DNA of 64,000 bases from the human T2T-CHM13v2.0 reference genome, Homo sapiens. Below, in pieces: positions 16,461-33,419 of the stretch (positions are counted from its first letter, which is position 1; each line of letters starts with the position of its first letter). The notes under the pieces are model-generated. The model did no database searches and was not told the DNA's origin. It was given only the letters and a program-made list of their open reading frames with translations. A program made the translations under genes and the position numbers. The stretch lies in assembly GCF_009914755.1 (NCBI RefSeq), contig NC_060926.1; one strand, written 5' to 3'.

Positions 16461-17559
16461 TTTGCCCTCTGCATGTGGCCTCTGATTTCAGGCATGCTGT
16501 CTCACAATCACGAGATGGCTGCCGCTCCTCTAGGCTGAAGCCACCTGCTGTTTAGAAGGGCAGGGCTGGGGGAAGCTTCCTGCAAGGTAGCAAGTCTGCA
16601 GGGTTCCAGTTCTTCTTGGCTGGGGCCGGCCCAGGACCTGGCATCTGGGGTAGCAGTGGGAGGAGGGAGAAACACCTTACCCTCCCCAGACAGAGGAGTG
16701 CACACAGGAGGGCAGTGAGGAAGCTGGGCTGCTGTCCCCCTAGGCCCTCTCCTCTGTTCTCATTCACCCACAGGAGGGAAGTAACAGGAGAACTTGCAGG
16801 GAACACAGCCAGGCTTCAACTGAAGAATGCAGTACAGGCAAGGCGGTGCCCTGGACTGCCCTCTCTGTCCCCCAACCCATCCTCAACTGCTCTGCCATGC
16901 CTCTTCATCACAGCTAAAGTGCCACCTCTGTCAGGAAGCCCTCTTGGCCTGCTCTGGTCCACACTGTTCTCTTTTTTTCCAGCCATGTCCTGGGTCTCTC
17001 AGGCCCTTCCTTCTTATTGCTTTTTCCCTCAGGAGGATGTCTCTACTTTAACAGAACTGACAAGAAACAGTGAACCACCCTCATTCCTACTTCCCTCCAG
17101 GCGGAACCACTGGGAGGGCGCTGGCCCACTGGGCGAAGGCTGCCTCTACTTGGGATGCCAGAAGAGGTGCCTTGGGCAGGCCACCTGGGAGGACCCTCTT
17201 CCTTTCTCCTATAGGACATTTACAGAGGGTGGTCCTGGGGATGCTGACAGTTGGGAAGTGGCCCCCAACAACTCACTTACCTCCTTAAGGACACAGTGTG
17301 GGCAGTGGAGGCTGCAAGCCTGTTGGAGAGGGGGAGGGTGCCCAGAGGCGGCACTGGACAGGAGGGAGACCAGCAGGCCTCTGTGAGCCTGAGCCCTGCC
17401 CTTTCTCCCCTAGCCTGTCCCTGCCCTTCCTGGGTCAGGGTCTGGATCTCTTGCTGACAATCAGGATCCCTGGGAACCTGGCACAGACATGGGCAGATGT
17501 GCAGGCCTCACCCCAGAGCTTCAGGTGCAGCTGGTCGGGTGGGGTCTGACATTGGTATT

Positions 17560-17860
<301 letters not shown>

Positions 17861-17990
17861 TTATTTTTATTTTTATTGACACATAATATTAATAATTGTA
17901 CCAACTTATGAGATACAGTGTGATATTTTGAATCATGTATATATTATGCAAATCAGGATAATTAGCAAATCCATCATCTCAAATGTGTAT
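17861..17990 (-). mobile_element. L1MA-like 3' terminal fragment, within a MER5-like remnant (about 17430-18060)
   Basis: TTTTTATTGACACATAAT..TTGTAC..TTATGAGATACAGTGTGATATTT is an antisense L1MA end. Confidence 0.65.
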
Positions 17991-18174
17991 TAACTCCTTG
18001 GTAGTTTTTACAGGCACTCTAGGAGGGTCCAGCCTTCAGCCAGCCTTGAGAGCCACCTCCTAAAGCCCTGTCCTTTTGTCACCCAGAGTGCGGCTCTTTG
18101 CAGCATCCACGTCTGGTTTGGATGGCTGCTGCAGCTTCAAGCCTGGGCTGCTGGATGACAATGGCGATGGTCGT

Positions 18175-18270
18175 TCTTCCTCCTCCTCTTCTTTCTCCTC
18201 CTCCTCATTCTCTTCCCCCTTCTTCTCCTGCACTTCTTACTCCTCTTTTTCTCCTCCTCCATCCTCTTCC
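18175..18270 (+). repeat. (TCC/TTC)n low-complexity tract
   Basis: Visible pyrimidine trinucleotide-like run at the end of an L2 remnant. Confidence 0.85.
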
Positions 18271-18447
18271 ATCTATTTATTGTGCGAATTATGAAGAGCT
18301 TTCTGTGTGGCAGATGCTGATGAAGACCCTGGGGATTGCACTGGGAATAGAACAGATGCGGTTTCTGACCCCACGGAGAATTCTGCTGGGGGAGCAAGAT
18401 CCTGGTGGAGTCAGATTGGCACACACAAATAAATGTGAAATATGTCA

Positions 18448-18607
<160 letters not shown>

Positions 18608-20071
18608 AAAAAGTGAGGCAGAGAGGGCTATGCAGCAATGAGGAGGGTGCTGTTTTGAATTGGTTGGGCAAGAAAGGCCCTCTGATCCGGAGGCACTGAG
18701 TAGAGGCCTGGGGAAGTGCAGGAGGAATCCACGTGGCTGGGGAGTTGGGGAGCACTCTCGCACATGCCGAAGGAACACCGTGTGTGAAAGTCCTGAGGCT
18801 GGAACATGACCAGCATGGGAGATTGTTACTCCCTTCTAACTCAGCTTCTTTTTCCATGGTTTCTCCTGCACTTTCATCTTCTTCAACTTTTCCCTCCCCT
18901 TCATTTCTGCTGTCATCATCCTCCTCACCATTGTTTTCATGGAAACCCTTTTCCGAGCATACACAGTCTCCCAGATCCCTGTCTGAGGCGAGTGTGAGCC
19001 TTGGTGAGCTTCTTCCTGGTGGAGGTCAGTGAATGTCCACCTGGTGCGGCTTCATGCCTCTGTGCTTTGTTCTGGATCTTCCCTACGTCCTGGAGCGTCT
19101 TCCTACCCTTGGCCCATCCAGAAAAGTCCTCTTCACTCTTCAAAACCTTGCCTCCACATCTCATCTGGGAAGCTGTGGGTAGACCGTGCATCAGAGGCAG
19201 GGCCAGAGGCTGCCCCCTATTAATAGCCAAAGTGTGCACTTACTGTGTGCCAGATGCTGGGCTTCCTGTACTTATCTGTACCTCTGTTATTTCATTTAGT
19301 CCTCACAAGATCCCCACCAGATGGGCTCTGTTGGTAGCCACAGTTTACAGTGAGGCCATGGAACTTGCCCAGGGCCATGCAGTATTTGAACCTGGGCAGA
19401 TGGCTCTGTTGCCGGGACACTCAGTGTTGCCTGCAGTGGGTTCCGCATTGCCTTGTCAAGACTGGACTTTCTCCGAGAGCCCGTGGAACTGCTGACCTGT
19501 TCCAAGCAGGGCATGAGCAAGGACGGGTGTTAGTCTTGCTGGGTCACTGTGCTGCAGTGTGGGGAATGGATTCCAGGGTCAGGAAAGGGATCCCAGGAGA
19601 GACGGCTGGGGTGAGGCTGGTGGGCAGTGGAGAGATGCTGATTTGGAGATGTACTTTCAGGAGGCAGAGAAGACAGGAGACTCCGGGTTTGTGATGAGGC
19701 TTGCTGAGGGGTTCCTGGCAGCATGCACACAGATCAGGGCTCATGTGGTGTAGGATGCCCAGATGGAGTAGCCAAGGAGGCAAATGGAGGTTTGAGACAG
19801 GGCCAAAGTGGTCTGTGCTGGAGGAGCAGACAAAGGAGGCTAGGAGTCACTCTGAAAATGACTGAGGCCGTGGGGGAGGATGTGGGTGTGATTGCTTGGA
19901 CTGAATACAGTGGGCAAGCTCGGGGAGAGACCTGCCTTATGTCCTAAGGAATGTTATTTAATAAAACCTTTTAGTTAGTTCATTAATGAATGAATTCATC
20001 CATCCGTCCATCCATAGTTTCTCTAAGTTAAGCATTCAAAATTGCTTGTGTATCTCGAGGAATACACATAG

Positions 20072-20419
<348 letters not shown>

Positions 20420-21276
20420 TAATCCTAATATTTAAATCTAAATGTAGTTTAGAGCATGAATTTATATGAGTGACCTTTAAAGCTGTGTCATAAAAAGTTG
20501 TATGCTATGGAAAGTTTTGCAGTAATAAAGTTGCACATTTTAGAGAGTCTCCATTTAGAATGGTTAGGACTTGGAGTAGATATTAAGCATCATGCAAAAT
20601 TTTAGGAAGAAAACTTCAGGGTTTAATAATGAATTCAGAGAGAGAGATGCAGGGAAGAAAACAAGGGAAAGTGTTGATGGATGTAATCGGTTAGGGCCAG
20701 AATAGAAGTTTGGGAGATTTCACAGTGTTGTTGGGACAAACTTCACATAGGCATGAGTATATTACTTCTAGCAGTACTCATAGTTATAATTAAAATAATA
20801 ATGACAATAATTACAACGTTGTAAATGTGCCTTATATAGCCTCTTTAAGTTAACAAAGTGGTTTCTTATTTTCTTGGTTACTTCTGTCCACTCAGAGTGT
20901 GTGTATCTCTTCCTTACAATAATCACCTCTGAAGGGGTGAGGGGAATTCTGTTGATACATGGGATTAGGAAGCAGCACTGATGGGATTATCAGGTTCCAA
21001 TCCACATAGTTTTGGCCAAATTACTCACCTTCTCTTCTCTCTGTGTTTGGTGTGCAAAACATGCTGTGGCAGTGTGAGGTTTTTGGACTCAGTGGAGGTA
21101 AGATGTGGCTTGTTAATTCATTCAGCAGCTGTTTCCTGGGCACCTGCGCCATGTTGTGGCACTGCACGGGGCTCTGGGATGCTCACTAGCACACATCTTG
21201 TCCTTTACACTCAGGAGACCTCTGAGATCTGGGTCTCTCCAGTCACCTGGGGATGCTGGTTAAAAAGCAAAGATAT

Positions 21277-21731
<455 letters not shown>

Positions 21732-22608
21732 CTAATCAGTAAAGAGATGGAGGACAGAGTTTTTATAAAGAAAGATGGTGAACAAAAATGCTGTGACCTA
21801 GTTCTGTTAATTCATCCCTGGGCCCTGTAGAATTGAAAATGAAAACAATATTGATCTTGTTCTGAAGGGACTCGCAGACCATGGGAGTGGCTGCAGGGAG
21901 GCAGCCGGGGGCCAGGCTGGATGAGTGGGGAGCTGAAACAGGCAGGTCAGGCAGAGGAGCAGCTCACCTGGGCTTAGGGTATGTCATCCACAGAAGGCAC
22001 CTTTCAAAATAAAGGCTGTGACATTTCTGGTTCTGGGACAGTGAGGCATTTTTCTCCTTATTTCCCTTGCTAAGAACAGCTAAAAATATGCAACATTATA
22101 AAGTAAACATAAGCAGACTCTGAGAGCTTGAGAGAAGAAGGCAAACTGGCAAGGGATCTTGAAGAACAACATGGTAGGGAGTTCTCTCGGTTTTCTTTTG
22201 TTTTCATATGTTTTGGACTGGGTACTGGAGAAGCCAGCAAGCCAGGAATGCCAATGGGCGCAATGAAAAAACAGCTCTGAGAAAAGCCTTCTCTTTCCAG
22301 CTAAAAGACCAGAAAGGAACATACTAGCATGAAAAAAAAAAAAAAACTTTCAGACAATGAACCTTTACTCTAGTAAAATACTGCAGCAAAAAAGTGTACT
22401 TTCTACCTCCCAGCAAAGACCATGAGCTCAACAGTAGTTACAAGATGCCCCTTCTCCTGTCCCCATCCCTGGGGTGTCAGCGGAGGCAGTGGGGATCTGT
22501 ACTTCAACCTGCACTGGGTGGTAGTGAGGTAGCATTCCCATTCCACCATAGGCACAGTGACAGGGAGGGCCTGTTAAAACAGAATGTAGAGTCTCATAGA
22601 AAATACCA

Positions 22609-22983
<375 letters not shown>

Positions 22984-23137
22984 TCAACAGATGGCCAATG
23001 CTGAAATGACAAAGATGTTGGAATTATTAGACAAGGTTTTATTTTTTTGTTTGTTTTTTTGAGATGGAGTCTCGCCCAGTCGCCCAGGCTGGAGTGCAGT
23101 GGCACTATCTCGGCTCACTGCAAGCTCCGCCTCCCGG

Positions 23138-24624
23138 TGTGTCCGGAATTGGTGGGTTCTTGGTCTCACTGACTTCAAGAATGAAGCCGTGGACCCTCGC
23201 GGTGAGCGTTACAGCTCTTAAGGTGGCGCGTCTGGAGTTTGTTCCTTCTGATGTTCGGATGTGTTCTGAGTTTCTTCCTTCGGGTGGGCTCGTGGTCTCG
23301 CTGGCTCAGGAGGGAAGCTGCAGACCTTGGCCGTGAGTGTTACAGCTCATAAAAGCAGTGTGGACCCAAAGAGTAAGCAGTAGCAAGATTTATTGCAAAG
23401 AGCGAAAGAACAAAGCTTCCACAGTGTGGAAGGGGACCCAAGCGGGTTGCCACTGCTGTCTCTAGCAGCCTACTTTTATTCTTTTATCTGGCCCCACCCA
23501 CATCCTGTTGATTGGTAGAGCTGAGTGGTCTGTTTTGACAGGCTGCTGATTGGTGTTTACAATCCCTGAGCAAGACACAAAAGTTCTCCATGTCCCCACC
23601 AGATTAGCTAGATAGAGGGTGTGGACACAAAGGTTCTCCAAGGCCTCACCAGAGTAGCTAGATACAGAGTGTTGATTGGTGCACTCACAAACCCTGAGCT
23701 AGACACAGGGTGCTGATTGGTGTGTTTACAAACCTTGAGCTAGATACAGAGTGCCGATTGGTGTATTTACAATCCCTGAACTAGACATAAAGGTTCTCCA
23801 AGGCCCCACCAGAGTAGCTAGATACAGAGTGTCCATTGGTGCATTCACAAACCCTGAGGTAGACACAGGGTGCTGATTGGTGTGTTTACAAACCGTGAGC
23901 TAGATACAGAGTGCCAATTGGTGTATTTACAATCCCTGGGCTAGACATAAAGGTTCTCTAGGTCCCCACCAGACTCAGGAGCCCAGTTGGCTTCACCCAG
24001 TGGATCCTGCACCGGGGCTGCAGGTGGAGCTGCCTGCCAGTACCGCGCTGTGTGCCCGCACTTCTCAGCCCATGGGTGGTTGATGGGACTGGGCACCGTG
24101 GAGCAGGTGGCAGTGCTCGTCAGGGAGGCTCGGGCTGCACAGGAGCCCACGGGGGTGGGCGGGTGGGCTCAGGCATGGCAGGCTGCAGGTCCCGAGCCCT
24201 GCCCCTCGGGGAGGCAGCTAAGGCCCGGCGAGAAATCGAGCGCAGCCCCGGTGGGCTGGCACTGCTGGGGAACCCAGTACACCCTCCACAGCTGCTGGCC
24301 AGGGTGCTAAGCCCCTCATTGCCCAGGGCCGGCAGGGTTGGCCGGCTGCTCTGAGTGCCGGGCCTGCCAAGCCCACGCCCACCCGGAGCTCTAGCTGGCC
24401 CGCAAGCGCCGCGGGCAGCCCCGGTTCCTGCTCGCGCCTCTCCCTCCACACCTCCCTGCAAGCTGAGGGAGCTCGCTCCGGCCTTGGCCAGCCCAGAAAG
24501 GGGCTCCCACAGTGCAGTGGTGGCTGAAGGGCTCCTCAAGTGCTGCCAAAGTGGGAGCCCAGGCAGAGGAGGCACTGAGAGCGAGCGAGGGCTGTGGGGA
24601 CTGCCAGCACGCTGTCACCTCTTA
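23138..24624 (-). mobile_element. LTR12C (ERV9) solo LTR, full length
   Basis: Plus strand runs TGTGTCCGGAATTGGTGGG ... GCTGTCACCTCTTA. 4-bp TSD CCGG at 23134-37 and 24625-28. CpG-rich U3 and a tandem array containing ATTGG. Confidence 0.95.
23440..23930 (-). promoter_or_regulatory. LTR12C promoter/enhancer: CCAAT (NF-Y) array and AATAAA TATA-like box
   Basis: About eight ATTGG boxes between 23510 and 23920; CTTTTATT at 23473-23480. Matches known ERV9 LTR architecture; activity not shown. Confidence 0.7.
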
Positions 24625-27423
24625 CCGGGTTCACACCATTCTCCTGCCTCAGCCTCCCCAGTAGCTGGGACTACAGGCACCCGCCACCACTCCTGGCTAA
24701 TTGTTTGTATTTTTAGTAGAGACGTGGTTTCACTGTGTTAGCCAGGATGGTCTCAATCTCCTGACCTCATGAACTTCCCATCTCGGCCTCCCAAAGTGCT
24801 GGGATTACAGGCATGAGCCACCGCGCCTGGTTGACAACGTTTTTTAAAGCAGCCATTGTAAAATGCTTTGACAAGTGATTACAAATGTGATTGAAACAAA
24901 TGAAAGAAATAGAAAGTCTCAGGGAAGAAAACGGTAGACTTAAAGACCCAAATGGAAATTTTAGAACTAAAGAATATAATACATGAAAATTTTTGAAAAG
25001 CTTAGTAGATGGGCTGAACAGCAGAATGTAATATATGGAAGAAAGAATCAGTGAACTTAAAGAGATAGAACATTAGAAATTGCCCAGCCTGAAACACAGA
25101 AAAATAGACTGAAAAGGAAAATGAATAGACAATCAGGGACATGTTGGATTTTAACAGCTGGTATCACATTTGCATCATTCAGAGTTCCAGAGGAAAGAAG
25201 AAAAACAGCAGGCCCGAAAAAGCATTCCAAGAAATAATGGCTGAAAAGTTCCCAAATTTGGCAGAAGACATAAACCTAGAGATTCAAGATGTTAAGCCAA
25301 TCTCTCAAAGAGGACAATCCCCAAAAATGTATTCCAAGACATATTCTAATCAAACTCCTGGAAACTAGAGACAGAGAAAAGAATCTTTAAAGCAGCAAGG
25401 GAGAAATGACACCTTATTTATGGGAGGAAAACAATTAGAATGACAGTGGATTTCTCATCAGAAACCATAGAGGCTAGAAGGAATCAGCACAACATCTTTT
25501 AAGGACTTTCAACAAAAAATTCTGTATCTAGTGAAAATGACTTCAGAAGTGAGGGAAAATCAAGACGTTGTCAGATGAAGGAAAACTAAGAAAATCTGTC
25601 ACCGGCAAATCTACCCTAATAGGATGACTTAAGGGAGCTATTGAAACAGAAACAAAATGATACAAGAAGGAATCTAGAACATCAGGAAAGAAGAAAGGAC
25701 AATAGAAAGAGTAAAAATATAGGTAAATACAATAGATTTCATTTTTCAGTTTCTAAATGATGTTTGATGGTTGAAACAAAATTATAACACTATCTGATGG
25801 AACTCTCAAAGTGTGTAGAGAAAATATTTAAGACAATTATATTGCGAATGGGGGAAGTTAAAGGGATTTAAATAGAGGTAAAATTTTTACACTTCCCTCA
25901 AACTGGTAACATATCAACACTAGTAGATGGTGACAGTTATGTATGTATAATTAATACCTCAAGCAACCACTAAAACATCTATTCAAGTATACATATTCAA
26001 AACACTAGATGGAATTCTAAAAAAAAAAAAAAAAATACAAGGATCCCCACAGGAAAGAAGGATAAAGGAAAGAGAAAAATGAAGTAAAAAAGAAAGAAAC
26101 AGAGAACAAAAATTAAAAATGTCATACTTAAGCCCTGACATAAAACAACTACATTAAATATAAGTGGTTCAAATATATTGGTTAAGAGACAGAAATCAGC
26201 AGGTAGATTTTAAAATCATCCAGTATATGCTGTCTACAAGAAACTCACTTCAAGTATAATATTATAGGTAGGTTGAAAATAAAAGAACAGAAAAAGATGT
26301 AACATGCAAACATTAATTAAAAGAAAGCATGAATAGCTATATTAACATCAAAGTCAACCTAAGAGCCAAGAGAATTACCAGAGACAGAAAAGAACATTGT
26401 GTAATGATAAGGGGTAAATCCATCAAGAAGACATAGCAATTCTAAATGTGTGTGCATTAAACAACAAAGCTAAAATATGTGAAGAAATAATGCTAGAACT
26501 GAGAGAGAAATAGGCAAATTCTCAATTATAATTGAAAACTTCAGCAACTATATCTCAATGATAGAATATTCAGATAGAAAATCAGTAAGAAGATTTTAGC
26601 AATGAACAGGATCTAACTGATATTTATAGAACATTTCATTCAATAGTAGCAGAATACACAGCCTCTTCAAGTTTTCATGGAACATTTACAAGATAGACCA
26701 TATCCTAGGACATAAAACAAACCTTAATAAGTTTCAAAATATTGTAACCTTACAGAGTATATTATCTGACCACATGGGAGTCAACCTAGAAATAGATAAT
26801 AAAAAGATAATGGAAAAAATCTCTAAACATTTGGAAACTAAATAAACATCACACTTCTAAGCAAAGCATGGATCAAAGGAAAATAAAAACATGGAATTAA
26901 ATGAAAAAAATACAACATATACAAATTCATGGGACAAAGCTAAAACAGTGCTAAGGGAAACATATGGCATTAAATATTTACATTAGAAAAGATAAAATAT
27001 ATTAATATTCTACATTTCCACCTTAAGAAAATAGAAAAACAAGAGCAAACTAAACCCAAATCAAGCATAAAAAAGAGAATAATAAAGATAAGGGCAAAAA
27101 ATAAAATTGAAAACAAAAAAAGTAGGGAAAATCAAAGGGACAAAAAGCTAGTTCTTTGGAAATTCCATAAAATTGACAAACATCTAGCAAGATTAACAAA
27201 GAAAAAAAAGAGAATACACAAACTATCCATATCATAAATGAAATGGGGTATCTCTAATAATCATGGATGTATCAAAATCATAAGGAAATACTCCAAGCAA
27301 CTCTACAGACCTAAGTATGTCAACTTAGAAGACGTCAACTAAATCCTCAAAGCACAAACTCTGGCAGCTCATCCCATATAAAGTGAATAATTTGCCTACC
27401 TCTATAACTATTCAATAAGTAAA

Positions 27424-27760
27424 TTTTATTTTATTTTATGTATTATTAATTAATTCATTTATTATTTATTATTTTTTTGAGAGAGACCCTCACTGTGTTG
27501 CCCAGGCTGGAGTGCAGTGGTGTGATCTCAGCTCAGTGCAACCTCTGCCTCCTGGGTTCAAGCTATTCTCCTGCTCTAGCCTCTCCAATAGCTGGGACTG
27601 CAGGTGTGCACCACCACGCCCAACTAATTTTTGTATTTTTAGTAGAGATGGGGTTTCACCATGTTGTTCAGGCTGGTCTTGACATCCTGACCTCAGGTGA
27701 TCTGTCTGCCTCGGCCTCTCAAAGTGTTGGGATTATAGGTATGAGCCACCACATCCGGCC
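27424..27760 (-). mobile_element. Alu (AluS-like) with a (TTTTA/TTTA)n tail
   Basis: Full antisense body. Confidence 0.93.
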
Positions 27761-28241
27761 AAAGAAATACGTTAAAAAAAAAAAATCTCCTCTGAAAACC
27801 TTCAGGTCTGGATGATTTCACTGAAGAATTCTACCAAACATTTCAAGAATAATTAATACAAATTCTATATAATCTTTTTCAGAAATTAAAAGAAGAGGAA
27901 ACATTTCCCAAAGCACTTTTTGAGGCTGGTTTATTCTGATGCTAAAACTAGACAAAGACAGTAAAAAAAGAAAACTAAAGCCAACTATCCCCTGCATGTA
28001 AATGCAAACATTTTAATAAGATATTAACAAATACGATTTGGCAATATATACAAAGAATTATAGATCGTAACTAAATCTGCTCTATTCTAGGGATGCAAAG
28101 CCAGTTCAGTAGTTAGAATGTAATCCATCATATTAGCAGATGACAGAAAAATCACAGGGTCATATCAATTGATGCACAAAAGACAGTTGACAAAATTCAA
28201 GCCCCATTAATCATAAAAACTCTCATAAAACTAGGAATAGA

Positions 28242-28599
<358 letters not shown>

Positions 28600-28903
28600 C
28601 TACAAGTAACCTACAGCTAATGTTATGGTTAATAGTGAAAGACTGGATGCTTTCCTCCTAAGATTGGGATCAAGGCAAGGATGTTCACTCTCATCCCTCT
28701 TCTTCAACAAAATACTGAAATTTTTTGCCTGTGCAATATGGCAAGAAATGAAATAGAAGGCATGCAGATCAGAAAGGAAGAAATTAAATTATTTCTATAT
28801 GCAGATGACATGACAGTCTATGTAGAAAGTCCCCTAGACCTAATTAGTGCATGTGGCAAGGTTCCAGGATATGAATCCAACATACAAAAATGAATATATT
28901 TCT

Positions 28904-29263
<360 letters not shown>

Positions 29264-29774
29264 TCAAAATGTATATGTAGAAATTAAAATAAAAATATAA
29301 TACTATTTACAACTGCTCAAGAAAAATGAAATACTTGGGTATAACCAAACATGCATGAGTTTTGTATGCTGAAAACTATAAAACTGAAGAAACAAATAAA
29401 AGAAGATATAAATAAACAGAGAGATATATCATTTCCATGGATTGAAAAATTCAACATTGTTAAGGTGTCAATTCCATCCAAAGTGATATATAGGTTTAAC
29501 ACTACACATATTGAAATTCCAGGGAGTTTTTTGTAAATATAGAAAAGATTATTCTAAAATTTATATAGAAAGTAAAAGATCTAGAACAAGTAACCACTTG
29601 GCAAAAAGAAGAATAAAATGGGAGGATTCCGTCTACCTGATTTTAGGACTTAGTATGCTATGGTAATCAAGAGAATGTGGCTTTGGTGGAGGGATAAACA
29701 CATCAATGAAACAAAACAGAGAACCCCAACATTTCTCCACACAAGTAGAGCCAATTGATTTTTTTGGGGGAGGT

Positions 29775-30412
<638 letters not shown>

Positions 30413-31467
30413 CTATTACACTATTCAATGGAGCAAGGATAGGTGCTGGAGAAATTGGGCATCTATGGGGGAAAAAACAACCTAGAATCAAAATTAGCTC
30501 AAAAAGGACCATAGAATTAAAAGTAAAATGTAAAACTATAAAACCTGTAGAAGAAGATAACAGAAGAGAAAATCTTTGGGACCTTGGACTTGGTGAAGAG
30601 TTGTTAGAGTTAACACCTAAAGTGTTTTCTTGAAATAAAAATATTGATCATTGGACTGCATAAAAATTAAAAACGTTTGCTCTGTGTCAAGTCTTGTTAA
30701 GGAGGATGAAAAGACAGGCTACAGTCTGAGAAAAGATATTTACACATCACATACCTGACAAAGGATTCGTCTCTAGAATACCTGAAGAATTTTCAAACCC
30801 AACATTAAAAAAGCACAATCCAACTACAATATAGGCAAAAAATACGAAAAGACATTTTACCAAAGAGGATGCATAGATGGCCAATAAGCACATGAAAAGA
30901 TGTTCAGCATTATTAGCTACTAGGAAATGCAATTTAAGATCATGATGATGATCTTATTTTTCATCTGTTTAATTTCTTATTTACATTTTGCTATTGGAAC
31001 AGCTAAATTAAAAACATAATGACAATACCAAATGGTGATGAGGAAGTGAAGAAACTGGGTCTCTTACAATTGCTGGTTGGAATGGAAAATGGCACAGCCA
31101 TTCTGGAAAATAGTTTGGCGGTTTCTTAAAAAAACTACATAGAATTTACCCAGCAATAATTTTGGACATTTATTCCAGATAAATTAAAAAATTATGCTCA
31201 CACAAAAATCTGTACACAGTGTTCAAACCAGCTTTACTTGTGATGGCCAAAAACTGGAAATAACCAACAGGTTCCTTAATAGGTGAAGAGTTAAACAAAC
31301 TGTGGTACATCCACGCCATGCAATGATTCGGCAATGCTAAGGAACTGACTGCTGAGACACTCCACAACTCTGATGGATCTTAAGGATATTGGGCTCAGTG
31401 AATCGAGCCAGTCTCAAAAGGTTACACACTGTGTGACTCCATGTATTAAACATTCTCAAAATGATAA

Positions 31468-31792
<325 letters not shown>

Positions 31793-32229
31793 TGAAATGA
31801 AATTCTCACTGCCAGGGTTGAGGGATATTGGGGCGGGTGTGGGCGCGACTGTTTCATAAGGGAGAGCTTTGTGGGGACGGAGCGGTTCTGTGTCTCGAGT
31901 GTGGTGGTTGATGCCTGAGCACATATGTGTGATAAAAGGCACAGAGCTATACACACACTTTATAGTAATGTCAGTTTCCTGGTTTTGACATTGCACTATC
32001 CTACGAAAAATGTTACTTTTATAGGAAACTGAATGAAGGGTACAGGGGACCTCTTTGTCCCCTGAAACTTCCTGTGAATCTGAAATTATTTTAAACATAA
32101 AAAATTTAACAATGGAAAAAGAAAACAAAGGCTCTGAGTAAAACAACTGGGATCTCTCCCCAGTACAGTGCTAACCAAGCCAGGAGAAAGCCAGAGGAAG
32201 AGAAAGCTCACAAAGTCCGGGGGTTTTCT

Positions 32230-32807
<578 letters not shown>

Positions 32808-32855
32808 GGGGTTTTCTTTTAATTGGAAGCATTGTGAAAATTGACAAAGGATGAT

Positions 32856-33419
32856 TGTAAAAAGTAAAACAGAGGTTCCTCTTCAAAGACTTTCTTCTCC
32901 GTCTAATTAGGGATAAATAGTAACTTCTCTTAAATGCAAATTTATTCAAAGACCTGTGCTAACATTCTTAAATATCTGCTAGCCCTTTATGTTCTTTATG
33001 TTCTTAGCTCCCATAATTTAGCCTAAGTGTTTGCCCTGGCATGCTTCTACTGGTCCAAGAAAGCATTAGGTCATAGCCTGTTCCTCTTCCTTATTTGAAG
33101 GTGTTTTTACCTTTCTTAGCATTCCACAAGTTACTTTCTCCTTCCTTTGTTCTCCTCTACCTTTGCCTCTTTAAAAAAGTTCTAAGTTACTACCAATTGG
33201 GACAAATACAGAAAGTGAGGTCCCCTTCCAGCCAATGGAAACCGGACACAGCAGTAGGGTGGACACGTCAGGTTATAAATGACCCTGTCTCCTTTGTTCG
33301 GCGTACTCTCGGGGCAAAACTGCTGGCGAGTGTACCTTTCTGCAGAAAGTAAAAATGGCCTTTTTTTTTATGTTCAAGTGCTATTAATTTATGGCACCGG
33401 AGAACAAGCATTTCAAACA
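32856..33419 (+). mobile_element. LTR10C-type (HERV-I family) solo LTR
   Basis: TG..CA ends; start TGTAAAAAGTAAAACAGAGGTTCCTCTTCAAAGAC; 5-bp TSD ATGAT at 32851-55 and 33420-24; CCAAT and TATAAA present. Confidence 0.85.

Larger units (their letters stand above)
23041..24832 (-). mobile_element. AluY split in two (23041-23137 and 24625-24832) by LTR12C
   Basis: The halves rejoin as GCAAGCTCCGCCTCCCGG|GTTCACACCATTCTCC; TSD GACAA(G/C)GTTTT. Confidence 0.93.

Noticed and set aside
16616-17386. Longest ORF (256 aa, plus strand) as a gene
   Set aside because: Non-ATG start, no recognisable domain, and a Pro/Leu/Ser/Gly-rich composition typical of GC-rich non-coding DNA.
23540-23960. Regularly spaced repeats resembling a CRISPR array
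   Set aside because: This is the known ERV9 U3 tandem CCAAT repeat array. There are no unique spacers or cas genes, and the DNA is eukaryotic.
23940-24624. CpG island or GC-rich ORFs suggesting a gene 5' end
   Set aside because: Entirely explained by the LTR12C U3 region.
32043-32064. 8-bp stem CAGGGGAC..GTCCCCTG as a terminator
   Set aside because: It lies in an L1 3'UTR, is short enough to be chance, and intrinsic terminators do not apply here.
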